This document shows, one piece after another, positions 8,581-17,619 of a stretch of DNA of 64,000 nt. Source of the stretch: Lysobacterales bacterium (GTDB lineage: Bacteria; Pseudomonadota; Gammaproteobacteria; Xanthomonadales; SZUA-5); the NCBI GenBank assembly GCA_022844165.1, contig JALHMH010000004.1:10197-74196 (forward strand). Direction: 5' to 3'. Within the stretch, counting starts at the first letter, position 1; every line of letters begins with the position of its first letter. The notes under the pieces were generated by a model. That model did not search any database. It was not told where the DNA came from and saw nothing but the letters and a program-made list of their open reading frames with translations. The translations under genes were made by a program, and so were the position numbers.

Positions 8581-10464
8581 ATGAGTTTTGACGCACTCGG
8601 GCTGTCGCCCGCGTTGTTGCGTGCTGTGGCCGAAGAGGGCTACGGCAGTCCCACCCCAATCCAACAGCAGTTCATTCCGCCGGTTCAAAGTGGGCGCGAT
8701 GTGATCGCTTATGCGCAGTCCGGCATGGGGAAAACGGCGGCGGTGGTGCTGTCGCTGCTGGAGCGGCTGTTTCCTGGTGGCACGCGTCAGCACCACGAGC
8801 GACCCAGAGCCTTGATTCTGACGGCAACGAACGAACAAGCGACGCAGTGGCAGAGCGCGTTTGAAAATTACGCTCGACATCTCGAACTTGACGTGCCGGT
8901 TTCGATTGCACTGGCTGCTGATGCCAAAGTCGACACGGTGGACATTCTGGTGGCTACGCCGGAGGCTGCGGACAGTCTGTTCACCCAATGGCAGCAGATC
9001 GATCAGGTGCATGTGGTTTTGCTGGACGGTGTCGATGAGTGGCCCAACGACGGACAGGTTCTGCAGCGCTTGATCGACGTGCTGCCGAAGTCGCGGCAAA
9101 CGCTCGTGATCGCCGCCAGCCCTTCGGAGGAAGTCGATCGGTTGGCAACGGACTTGATGTCGGAACCGGCCATCGTCCAGGTGCAGTCTCCGAGGCGCAA
9201 TATTCCTGCGGTCGAACATCAAACCTGGGTCGTCGCACCCGGCCGAAAACGCGATGCCTTACAACATCTGATTTCTCAGAATCCCGAGCGGCAGTCGCTG
9301 GTGTTCTGTCGCACCAAACACGGCGCGGACAAAATCGCACGCTTTCTTGAGCGCTGGGGACATCTGGCGGCGGCATATCACGGCGCAAAAAGCCAAGGCG
9401 CCAGAGCGCGCGCGCTGGCTGGATTCACGAGCGGCGAGTTGAAGATTTTGGTTGCCACCGATATCGCCGCACGTCACTTCGATCTCACGGCCCTGCCGGT
9501 GGTCGTGAACTACGACTTTCCCTATGTTGCCGACGATTTCATTTCGCGGATCGCGAGAACCGGCCAGAGCGGTGGCGCGGGTGGACTGTCGTTGAATCTG
9601 GTCACGCAAGACGACACGCCGCAGTACCGCGCAGTGCAGAGTTTGTTGGACGGCATCCTCGCGCCGGCGCCGCTGGAGGGCTTCGAGCCCGCAGAAGCCT
9701 TCGACCCGAGCAAAGACCCGCCGCCGCGCGAAACGCGCGAGCCGCAGGAGCCACGTCCGCCGCGCCACCGCGCGCCAGCTCCAGCAACCGCAGAGTCGGC
9801 AGATGGCGAGCCGCGGCGCAATCGTCGTCGCCGTGGCCGAAAAGAACGAGCACCAACGGCGCAGCCCTTGTCGCTGGAGGGATTGCCGGTCGATGAGGAT
9901 GATCAGGCGCAGGCAATCGGCGCGGTGCGACCGGATGGCGAAGCGACGAACGCCGAACGCCCGCGTCGCGAGCGTCGGCGCCGCCGCAAGCGTAGCCCAG
10001 GCGATGCAAATGCGCCAGTCGACTTGAGCAACGTGCTGGACGATGTCGATGCCGATGCCCAGGCCGATATCGACGATGACCGGCCGCAGCGCGGCAACTC
10101 GATTCACGCGCCGCCGATTCCGCAGTACCCGCAAGTGCGCGGACGGCGCCGTGGGCGGAGCGATCCGTTTGCGCCGGTGGTTGTCGACGAAAACCGCGCC
10201 AACGTGTTCGATGAGCGTCAACCCGATGACTTCCGCGATCAGTGGAGCGTCCTGGGCCCCGACGCCAGCCGTCCCGCCTGGACGTATGCCGATCACCGCC
10301 AGCCCAGCCCTGAAGTGCGTCGTGCGCCTGGCGCGCCGCGCAACGCCGCACCTCGTGGCACGCCTCGTGGCGCACCCCGGAGCGTTCATTCGGACGCAGC
10401 GCCACGCGATGGTGCGCCTCGCGGTCGCCGTCGACAGCGCCCGCGGAGTGCCGCAGATCGCTAG
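8581..10464 (+). CDS. DEAD-box-like RNA helicase paralogue with substituted catalytic motifs and an Arg-rich tail
   Basis: It has a Q-motif region (GYGSPTPIQQQ), AQSGMGKT and a helicase C-domain (LVFCRTKHGADK ... ILVATDIAARHFD). The C-terminal ~230 aa are low-complexity and Arg/Pro-rich. See the finding for the motif substitutions. Confidence 0.85.
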   Translation: MSFDALGLSPALLRAVAEEGYGSPTPIQQQFIPPVQSGRDVIAYAQSGMGKTAAVVLSLLERLFPGGTRQHHERPRALILTATNEQATQWQSAFENYARHLELDVPVSIALAADAKVDTVDILVATPEAADSLFTQWQQIDQVHVVLLDGVDEWPNDGQVLQRLIDVLPKSRQTLVIAASPSEEVDRLATDLMSEPAIVQVQSPRRNIPAVEHQTWVVAPGRKRDALQHLISQNPERQSLVFCRTKHGADKIARFLERWGHLAAAYHGAKSQGARARALAGFTSGELKILVATDIAARHFDLTALPVVVNYDFPYVADDFISRIARTGQSGGAGGLSLNLVTQDDTPQYRAVQSLLDGILAPAPLEGFEPAEAFDPSKDPPPRETREPQEPRPPRHRAPAPATAESADGEPRRNRRRRGRKERAPTAQPLSLEGLPVDEDDQAQAIGAVRPDGEATNAERPRRERRRRRKRSPGDANAPVDLSNVLDDVDADAQADIDDDRPQRGNSIHAPPIPQYPQVRGRRRGRSDPFAPVVVDENRANVFDERQPDDFRDQWSVLGPDASRPAWTYADHRQPSPEVRRAPGAPRNAAPRGTPRGAPRSVHSDAAPRDGAPRGRRRQRPRSAADR

Positions 10465-10703
10465 CGAGACTTCGCCTCAGACCGACGAGCATTGCTGGCT
10501 TCGTGCGACAGCGTACTCGCCACAACACCGCGCTCCGCATTTCCGGCCCGGCGGCACAGCCGCCGGTCGTTCGGCTCAGCACACGCCTTGCGGCGTGCAA
10601 GCGCCGATCCTCACCGCCCTTGACTCAAGGGGGCTTCAAGAGCCAAAGCTGCTTCGCGGAAAATTTGACTCATTGTCGAGATCAGTCTCCGTCAAGGACG
10701 CTA
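10461..10703. repeat. family B copy 3
   Basis: The sequence ctagcgagacttcgcctcagaccgacgagcattgctggcttcg ... ccgtcaaggacgc aligns with 7295-7529. The helicase TAG stop (10462-10464) lies in its first bases. Confidence 0.6.
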
Positions 10704-10980
10704 GGCGAACCTGGTGTCTACTTGCAGAGTCTCGATGCATTCGAAGCCTATGGCATCGCCCATCGCGGCGTTGCTCATCCTCGCAATAGCGTTGGCTATT
10801 GCTGCGGTTCGCGCCTGTATCACCGGTTGCTGATGCAGCTTCACGCTCGCACTGTTCGCACGAAGACGGGTACAGGCGCGACAGCTCGCAAGCCTGAACG
10901 GCGCAATGAGAAGAAACACGCTATTCAACTGCTCATAAGGCAATAGATACATGAATCTACGGGCCTGGAAAAGCGGGCAA

Positions 10981-11197
10981 CTGAGGAGCGGTTTGAATGA
11001 CCTACCGAGCGGGTCGAGAGCAAGGCGCACCGCGCGCAGGAACCGCAGTGGACATAGAGTCCATGAGGGTGAAGCGGTCTTTCGAGCGGCATGCCGCGAG
11101 CCGCTGAACGCCACGCAACTTGTTGCGTGGCCGGGGAGCGAGCACGGAGCAACGCAGCTATCGACCCGCGCAGTAGGTCATTCAAACCGCTCTGAGG
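10981..11197. repeat. ~217-bp element with ~33-bp terminal inverted repeats (family D, single copy in the window)
   Basis: The left arm ctgaggagcggtttgaatgacctaccgagcgggtcga pairs with the right arm tcgacccgcgcagtaggtcattcaaaccgctctgagg, with a core of 19+9 identical nt. There is an internal hairpin gccacgcaa-cttg-ttgcgtggc. Confidence 0.5.
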
Positions 11198-11220
11198 CTT
11201 CCAGGTCCAATTCTCAGACC

Positions 11221-13980
11221 TCAAGTGCCGTGCTCTTCGCTCGGCGGTGCCGGCGCAAAGTAGCCCACTGCCGCCAGCAGCACGCCGACGCCGAGGAACG
11301 CGACGATGCCGGGCAAATCGCCCAGGTATTGGCGGTCGACGATCAGCAGTTTCACCACGACGATGCCGGCCAGCGTGACGCCCGCCATCCACAGCGGTCT
11401 GCGCATGGTGCGCGCGCCAACAATCATTCCGCCGATGCCCAGGATCGTCCAGACGATCGACAGTGCGGACTGTGAAACGCGGTCGCCGAAGAGCGTTACT
11501 GACCACGGCAAGTCGGCCAGATGGTGCACGCCGCGCAACGTTGCGGCGGTGATCAACAAGAATGCAACGCCGATCAGCAATTGCCGCATGCCGCGCGGTT
11601 CATGGAGCTGCGCGCTCATTTGCCAAAGCAGAAACAGTACCGCAATCTGCATCAGCTCCAGTGGATTGACGATGGGTGCCGTTGGCAGGCTCGACGATGC
11701 GCCGGCGCTAAACAGGCTGATAAACAACCAACCGCCCAAAGCCAGGAACATCGGCAGGCCCAGTGTGGGCACTCGCTCGGGCGACATGGGCATGGCGAGC
11801 AGCTGTGGTGCACGCCATGCGAGCACCGCGCCGATCAGCCATGGCAACGCCAGCATGACCATTGCCGCCGAAAGCTGAATGTCATCGCCGGCTTTCATGT
11901 AGCCGGTGTGCGACAAGAGCCAGGCGAGCGCCGCAAGCATTGAGGCGTGTACCAGCGCGATGGCGTCCAGGGTGCGGATCGTCCCTAACCCAACGGCGAA
12001 GTACAGCACCCAGAGGGACCAGGCGCCGCCGCTGATGGCACCCTCGTGCGCGACCGTGGCCAATACCGCCAGTGGCAGCGCAGCAGCCATCGCAGCGGCG
12101 CCCAGCCAGCACATCCGGGAAAAATTCGCGAGTGCTTTGCTCACAGCGCCAATCAACATCAGCAGTGCCAAAGGCACGGTCACCCAGTGCAGTTGCTCAT
12201 GGGCGACATGCACATCGATTTGATCGATGCAGGCGATGGCGTAGCTGATCGTGCCAAAGAGGAAAAGCAATGGCGCCAGTCGCGACGACTCTTCCCGATC
12301 CAGCAGCCAGGTGCCGATCCAGGCGCTGACAATAATCAGCACTGCGCCCGTCAGGCGCACCGTTGCATACGAATCGCCGCTGTTCTCGACGTAGAAGTAC
12401 AACCACGTGACGCCTGCCGCCAACATCAGTAATCCGCCCATCGCGCGCAGCGCCGTGCTGCGCTGCGCCAGACCCAGCCAGACGAACGCCAGTCCCTCCA
12501 ACGCCCACACGCCTTGTGTCCACTTTGCGCCGAATGCCAGCGGTACGGCGATTGTTGCGAAGCCGCCGGCAAGCAACAGGTAGCTGTTGGACAGCGTTTG
12601 CGCGTCTTCTTTCTTGAGCACTGATATCGCCAGCACGCTATGCACCACCGCCACAAACAGCGCACTCCACGCGAGCTGCAAATCGTTGCCATCCAGCAAC
12701 GCCGATTGCAGGCCGAAGGCGATCAGAGGCGTGCCAAATACCAGTGTGCCGTCGACCCATAAACCCTGTTGCGAGGGTTTCTTGAACGCGTACAAGTAAC
12801 CGACACCCACATAGAACAGGAAAAACAGGATCAGGAAGGGTTGGACATTGCCGTAATGCTCTGGTGCGTAGTACTGAGCGCCCCACATCAGGCCGACACC
12901 AAAGGTGGCGACAAAGCCCACCAGATTCAGTGCGCGCCACGCGCGCATCCAGGCGGCGGCGAAAATGAAGGCGTTGAGCACCGCGTAGAAACCAAAGAGC
13001 GCGACGTAATTGCCTGAACCGGTCGACGCCAGAATCGGTGCCGCGAAGCCGCCGATGGAAGCGAATACCGCGATTAACTGCGCCGATTGCCGCACCGCGA
13101 TCACCAGGCCCGCGCCGGCTAACAGGACCATCAGCACAAATGCCGTTGTGGGCGAAATCAACTGGTACAAACGCAGGGCCGCATAGACGACCAGATACAA
13201 CGTACCAATAGCGCCGCCTTGCATCGTCAGCGAGAAAGTGGGTCGTGCAGCGCGCTGGCGCCAGCCGAAGACAAAGGCACCGATCGCAGCCGCAGCAATT
13301 GCCGCAAGGCGCATTGCAGGCGGGAAGCTGACCCACGCTTGATCGACCGCATATTTCAGCAGCGCGCCGACGCCAGCCAAGACCAGGAGCACGCCCACTT
13401 TGACCGGCGCATTGCCTTCGGTGAAGAAGCGCACGATGGCGCTGGCACCACGCGCCACGGCATCGTTTTCTGTGCGCAAGGCAGGCGCGGGCGCTGCTCG
13501 TCGCCGTGAGCGTGGATCAATGTCATCTGGCGGCAGCGGCGGTGGTAAGGTGTCGCGCGACGCTCGTTCCGGTTTTCGCGACAGCGGCGTAAACGCGGGC
13601 GTGGGTTCCCGCCTCGTATCCGGCACCGGCGCGGGTTCCCGGGCTTCGAATCGCGCCGGCCCGACGGGTGTCTGCAGCCGTGCGTCAGCGACCACTTCAG
13701 GCACGTCGATCGGATCGCCGGTTTCGTCCGGCTCGCTTTCGGCAACGGTAGCGGCCGGCGTGGGTGGCGCCGTTGCGCGCGAACGCAACAGGCGAGCCTC
13801 CAGTGCCGCGATTTCGGAGCGACTGAGCTGAATTTGCCGCTCCAGCCCATCAACGCGTTCTCGCTGGCGCTGCGAGGACCACCACAGAATCGCTGCCAGA
13901 CCCCAGGCAATCACCGCGCCCAGGTTTTCGTCGAATAGAATAATCAGCAGGCCAAGGCCAAACAGCCACCAGATTCCCAT
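11221..13980 (-). CDS. large polytopic membrane protein, DUF2339-like
   Basis: Start ATG 13980 (MGIWWLFGLGLLIILF). It has an N-terminal TM helix, a coiled-coil (ERQIQLSRSEIAALEARLL), a Pro/Arg-rich linker and then more than 20 hydrophobic helices. This is the DUF2339 layout as I recall it. Confidence 0.65.
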   Translation of the reverse strand: MGIWWLFGLGLLIILFDENLGAVIAWGLAAILWWSSQRQRERVDGLERQIQLSRSEIAALEARLLRSRATAPPTPAATVAESEPDETGDPIDVPEVVADARLQTPVGPARFEAREPAPVPDTRREPTPAFTPLSRKPERASRDTLPPPLPPDDIDPRSRRRAAPAPALRTENDAVARGASAIVRFFTEGNAPVKVGVLLVLAGVGALLKYAVDQAWVSFPPAMRLAAIAAAAIGAFVFGWRQRAARPTFSLTMQGGAIGTLYLVVYAALRLYQLISPTTAFVLMVLLAGAGLVIAVRQSAQLIAVFASIGGFAAPILASTGSGNYVALFGFYAVLNAFIFAAAWMRAWRALNLVGFVATFGVGLMWGAQYYAPEHYGNVQPFLILFFLFYVGVGYLYAFKKPSQQGLWVDGTLVFGTPLIAFGLQSALLDGNDLQLAWSALFVAVVHSVLAISVLKKEDAQTLSNSYLLLAGGFATIAVPLAFGAKWTQGVWALEGLAFVWLGLAQRSTALRAMGGLLMLAAGVTWLYFYVENSGDSYATVRLTGAVLIIVSAWIGTWLLDREESSRLAPLLFLFGTISYAIACIDQIDVHVAHEQLHWVTVPLALLMLIGAVSKALANFSRMCWLGAAAMAAALPLAVLATVAHEGAISGGAWSLWVLYFAVGLGTIRTLDAIALVHASMLAALAWLLSHTGYMKAGDDIQLSAAMVMLALPWLIGAVLAWRAPQLLAMPMSPERVPTLGLPMFLALGGWLFISLFSAGASSSLPTAPIVNPLELMQIAVLFLLWQMSAQLHEPRGMRQLLIGVAFLLITAATLRGVHHLADLPWSVTLFGDRVSQSALSIVWTILGIGGMIVGARTMRRPLWMAGVTLAGIVVVKLLIVDRQYLGDLPGIVAFLGVGVLLAAVGYFAPAPPSEEHGT

Positions 13981-14088
13981 TCGCGAGTTCCCCTTTGCTG
14001 CCGTTGATTGAGGATGCCGTGAAAGCGCGAACTGTGCAAAGTGCATTGGGCATGGCAACATCGCCCACGATTGTTCTGGATCAAACGC

Positions 14089-14988
14089 ATGACATCCACG
14101 GCAGACCGTCTCGTTGTTGCGATTTCCTCGCGAGCGCTATTCGATCTTTCTGACGAACATGCGCTGTTCGAGCGCGACGGCCTGGACGCGTATCAGGCCT
14201 ATCAGCTGGCGAACGAAAATCAAATCCTGAAACCCGGCATTGCATTCGTGCTGGTGCAGAAGCTGCTGCGTCTGAACCGACTCGCGCCAGAGACGCCTAA
14301 GGTTGAGGTGATACTGCTGTCGCGCAACAGCGGCAATTCCGGCTTGCGTATCTTCAACTCCATCGAACACTACGGTCTGGACATCGCACGCGCTGCGTTC
14401 ACCAACGGTGCGCCGCCGTATCAGTACATCGAGCCCTTCGCGGCGAACCTTTTCTTGTCGGCGCACGCCGACGATGTGCGCCAGGCCCTGGATGCAGGCT
14501 ATGCCGCGGCGAGTATTTTGCCGTCCAAATCGAGCCAAAGCGATCACCCCGAGTTGCGCATCGCGTTCGATGGCGACGCCGTATTGTTTTCCGATGAGGC
14601 CGAGCGCGTCAGTCACGAACAAGGTCTGGATCGTTTTCACGAGTCGGAAAAGGCGCTCGCCCAGGAACCGCTGAGCGGCGGTCCGTTCCGATCCGTGTTG
14701 CACGCGTTGCATCGCATCCAGGCTGCGTTCCCGGCAGAAGAATCGCCGATTCGTACGGCGCTGGTCACTGCGCGTTCGGCCCCCGCGCACAAACGTGTGA
14801 TCCTGACCTTGCGCGAATGGGGCGTGCGCCTCGACGAGGCCCTGTTTCTCGGTGGCCGCGACAAAGGCCCGTTCCTGGCGGCCTTCGGCGCGGACATCTT
14901 TTTCGACGACCAGCGCCGCAATGCTGAAAACGCATCGCGCTATGTTCCCACGGGTCACGTACCGCATGGAGTTGCCAATTCGCGATGA
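14089..14988 (+). CDS. 5'-nucleotidase-family protein (cN-I / PF06189-like)
   Basis: MTSTADRLVVAISSRALFDLSDEH ... RIAFDGDAVLFSDEAE ... IFFDDQ. The HAD-like DxD and FDDQ pattern matches my recollection of the family. Confidence 0.55.
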   Translation: MTSTADRLVVAISSRALFDLSDEHALFERDGLDAYQAYQLANENQILKPGIAFVLVQKLLRLNRLAPETPKVEVILLSRNSGNSGLRIFNSIEHYGLDIARAAFTNGAPPYQYIEPFAANLFLSAHADDVRQALDAGYAAASILPSKSSQSDHPELRIAFDGDAVLFSDEAERVSHEQGLDRFHESEKALAQEPLSGGPFRSVLHALHRIQAAFPAEESPIRTALVTARSAPAHKRVILTLREWGVRLDEALFLGGRDKGPFLAAFGADIFFDDQRRNAENASRYVPTGHVPHGVANSR

Positions 14989-15731
14989 GTTTGATTGTGC
15001 TCGATAACATCACAACCGTGCTGGTGCACACCTCGCATCCCGGCAACATCGGCTCGTCCGCGCGCGCGATGAAGACCATGGGTTTGTCTAACCTGACCTT
15101 GGTGCACCCACAAATCTATCCTGACGCCGAGGCGAACGCGCTGGCCTCCGGCGCCGAAGACGTACTCGAAAGCGCGCGCATCGTGCCAACGCTGGAGCAG
15201 GCACTGTCCGGCGCGTCCGTGGTGTTTGGCTGCAGCGCGCGCAAGCGCGGCATTCGTATGCAAGAACTCGATGCCCGCAGCGCCGCCAAACTGGCCGTCG
15301 ATGCCGCCGTCAATGGCAAGGTCGCCTTCGTGCATGGCACCGAACGCACCGGCCTGACCAACGAAGAACTCGAACTCTGCCAGTTCCTGGTGACCATTCC
15401 GGCGAATCCCGAATACAGCTCGCTCAACCTCGCCGCAGCCGTGCAAGTCTTAAGCTACGAGCTGCGCATGGAAGCCCTGTCCCGCGGCGAGCCGGCCGAA
15501 AGCGACGAGCCGCACATCCCAGCATCCGTGGAAGATCTCGAGCGCTTCTTCGAACATCTTGAACAAGTGCTCGATCTGATTGGATTCCTGGGCGACCGCG
15601 TATCGACCAAACTCATGCGCCGCCTGCGCCGCATGTATCAGCGCGCCATGCCCGACGAACGCGAAGTCAACATCCTGCGCGGCATCCTCACCGAAACCGA
15701 AATCGCCGTCCGCGGACGCGGCCAGCGCTAA
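14985..15731 (+). CDS. trmJ: tRNA (cytidine/uridine-2'-O-)-methyltransferase
   Basis: The start overlaps the upstream stop. It has the SpoU-type motif VLVHTSHPGNIGSSARAMKTMGL and FGTERTGLTNEEL. Confidence 0.85.
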   Translation: MSLIVLDNITTVLVHTSHPGNIGSSARAMKTMGLSNLTLVHPQIYPDAEANALASGAEDVLESARIVPTLEQALSGASVVFGCSARKRGIRMQELDARSAAKLAVDAAVNGKVAFVHGTERTGLTNEELELCQFLVTIPANPEYSSLNLAAAVQVLSYELRMEALSRGEPAESDEPHIPASVEDLERFFEHLEQVLDLIGFLGDRVSTKLMRRLRRMYQRAMPDEREVNILRGILTETEIAVRGRGQR

Positions 15732-15740
15732 CCCCTGTGC

Positions 15741-15892
15741 GTCGCGATATAGCGCGACGCTGTGCGCGGTTCCCTCCAGGACACGATCTTCCCCCGTGGG
15801 TCGCGCTATAGCGCGACGCTGTGCGCTGTTCCCTCCAGGACACGATCGTCTGCCCCGCGACGCCGTCTTCTGTTCCGAGCAGACTCACGATC
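15741..15892. repeat. 2.7 tandem copies of a 59-bp palindrome-containing unit downstream of trmJ
   Basis: Unit: gtcgcgMtatagcgcgacgctgtgcgcKgttccctccaggacacgatc, at 15741-15788 and 15800-15847, with a degenerate third copy at 15856-15892. Each unit starts with the palindrome tcgcgctatagcgcga. Confidence 0.7.
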
Positions 15893-15966
15893 ACCCCCCA
15901 GATCTAAATCGCCTCCACCACCAGCCGCGCCACGGTGGTGGTAAGGGCGAACTGGTGGTTCGACTT

Positions 15967-16365
15967 TCACGCCGAGGAAAGCCTGCTCTGTAAATCAATA
16001 ACTGAGTTAATCCACTCATCTGTGCCCGCGTCAGCCCAAACCTCTTGGAGTTCCGAGCCATTCACCACTATTTGGATTGAAGATTTGGCAAGATCGACAA
16101 GAGACGCGCTAGGTTTTGGCTTTCCCTCAATCCACCGGCTAACACGATCCGGAATTTTGTGGAAGGGCCGACCCAAGAGAGCCGCCACAACTTCTCCAGC
16201 GGCTATCGCGTTGGAACACTCAGGCATTTCCAAATACTCACCATCAGCTTCTGAGATCCTCCGAAAGGCGGACTCTAGGACAGACAGTCCTTCGCTCTCT
16301 TCCAATTTCCTGAGCCAATCCATTGCATCGTCGTTTTCAAAACTCTGATGTCCCCACGCACCCAT
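15967..16365 (-). CDS. DUF4259-family protein
   Basis: MGAWGHQSFENDDAMDWL matches the conserved DUF4259 N-terminus. GC is visibly lower (about 53-57% in sampled lines) than in the flanking trmJ and leuB. Confidence 0.7.
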   Translation of the reverse strand: MGAWGHQSFENDDAMDWLRKLEESEGLSVLESAFRRISEADGEYLEMPECSNAIAAGEVVAALLGRPFHKIPDRVSRWIEGKPKPSASLVDLAKSSIQIVVNGSELQEVWADAGTDEWINSVIDLQSRLSSA

Positions 16366-16386
16366 TCCATTCTCCTCATTGAAAAT

Positions 16387-17433
16387 CTAGATCGCCTCCA
16401 CCACCAGCCGCGCCATCGCATCCGTCCCAATCGGATTGTCCTGCGACAAATCCGCCGTGCGCGCCCCGCCATGCAGCACGTCCGAGACCGCCTTCTCGAT
16501 CGCCGCCGCCTCGGCCTCCAGCTGAAAGCTCCAACGCAACATCATCGCCACGCTCAAGATTGTGCCGATGGGATTGGCGATATTGCGCCCCGCAATGTCC
16601 GGCGCACTGCCGTGGATCGGCTCGTATACCCCCGGTCCACCCGAACCAATCGAGGCGCTCGGCAACAGCCCCAACGAGCCGGCAAGCACCGCGGCCTCAT
16701 CCGTCAAGATATCGCCAAAAAGATTCTCGGTCACGATCACATCGAAGGCGCTCGGTTTGCTGATCAGGTGCATCGCCATCGAATCGACCAACTGATGTTC
16801 GATCGCCACATCGGGAAACTCATCGCGCATCACGCGCGTCGTCACTTCCCGCCACAAGCGCGAGGTTTCCAGCACATTCGCCTTGTCGACCTGCGTCACC
16901 CGTTTGCCGCGAGCCTTCGCCAATCGCCCGGCAACACGCACCACCCGCTCCACTTCACCCACGCTGTAGCGACAACCATCGATCGCAACATCGCCCTCGC
17001 GACGCTTCTCGCCAAAGTAGATCCCGCCCGTCAATTCGCGCACCACCAGCAAATCCACACCGCGCAAACGATCCGCCTTGATCGGCACCAGATCGATCAG
17101 CGCCGGATGCACCGTCACCGGCCGCAGGTTCGCAAACAAACCCAGCTCCGAGCGCAGCCGCAGCAAACCCTGCTCCGGCCGCACCTTCGACTGCGGATCG
17201 CTCCACTTCGGGCCACCCACCGCCCCTAACAAAATCGCATCGCTGTCACGGCACAGCGCCAACGTCGCATCCGGCAACGGCGCCCCGCACGCATCAATCG
17301 CCGCGCCACCAATCAGCGCCTGCCGAGTCTCCACCGAATGCCCAAACCGCTGCGCCACCCGATCCAACACCCCAAGCCCCGCCACCGTCACCTCAGGCCC
17401 AATCCCATCCCCCGGCAACACCGCGATGCGCAT
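16387..17433 (-). CDS. leuB: 3-isopropylmalate dehydrogenase
   Basis: [15 protein letters not shown] ... GSAPDIAG ... NPIGTILS. Start ATG 17433 lies inside the longer ORF. Confidence 0.9.
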   Translation of the reverse strand: MRIAVLPGDGIGPEVTVAGLGVLDRVAQRFGHSVETRQALIGGAAIDACGAPLPDATLALCRDSDAILLGAVGGPKWSDPQSKVRPEQGLLRLRSELGLFANLRPVTVHPALIDLVPIKADRLRGVDLLVVRELTGGIYFGEKRREGDVAIDGCRYSVGEVERVVRVAGRLAKARGKRVTQVDKANVLETSRLWREVTTRVMRDEFPDVAIEHQLVDSMAMHLISKPSAFDVIVTENLFGDILTDEAAVLAGSLGLLPSASIGSGGPGVYEPIHGSAPDIAGRNIANPIGTILSVAMMLRWSFQLEAEAAAIEKAVSDVLHGGARTADLSQDNPIGTDAMARLVVEAI

Positions 17434-17619
17434 ATGCATGAAGCCACACCTCAAAACAAAGAGCACCGAAGGCTAACGAGATCGGGGGGAGTAAGCCAAC
17501 CTTGGAGGCGAAAGACGCTGGGTTCGCTGCTGTTGCCTGTGTTGGGACCGGGGCTGTTCGCTGGGCCGCCATATGGCGGCTGCTGGCTGCACCCTGCTTC
17601 CGCGCCCGCGTCGTGCCTT

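Noticed and set aside
10701-11114. A 137-aa minus-strand ORF in the helicase-DUF2339 intergenic region.
   Set aside because: It spans repeat B3 and half of the TIR element D. The translation is low-complexity with no RBS or motif.
15741-15892. A possible CRISPR array, because regularly spaced repeats are present.
   Set aside because: There are only 2.7 units. The material between the palindromes is itself repeated, so there are no unique spacers. No cas genes are present.
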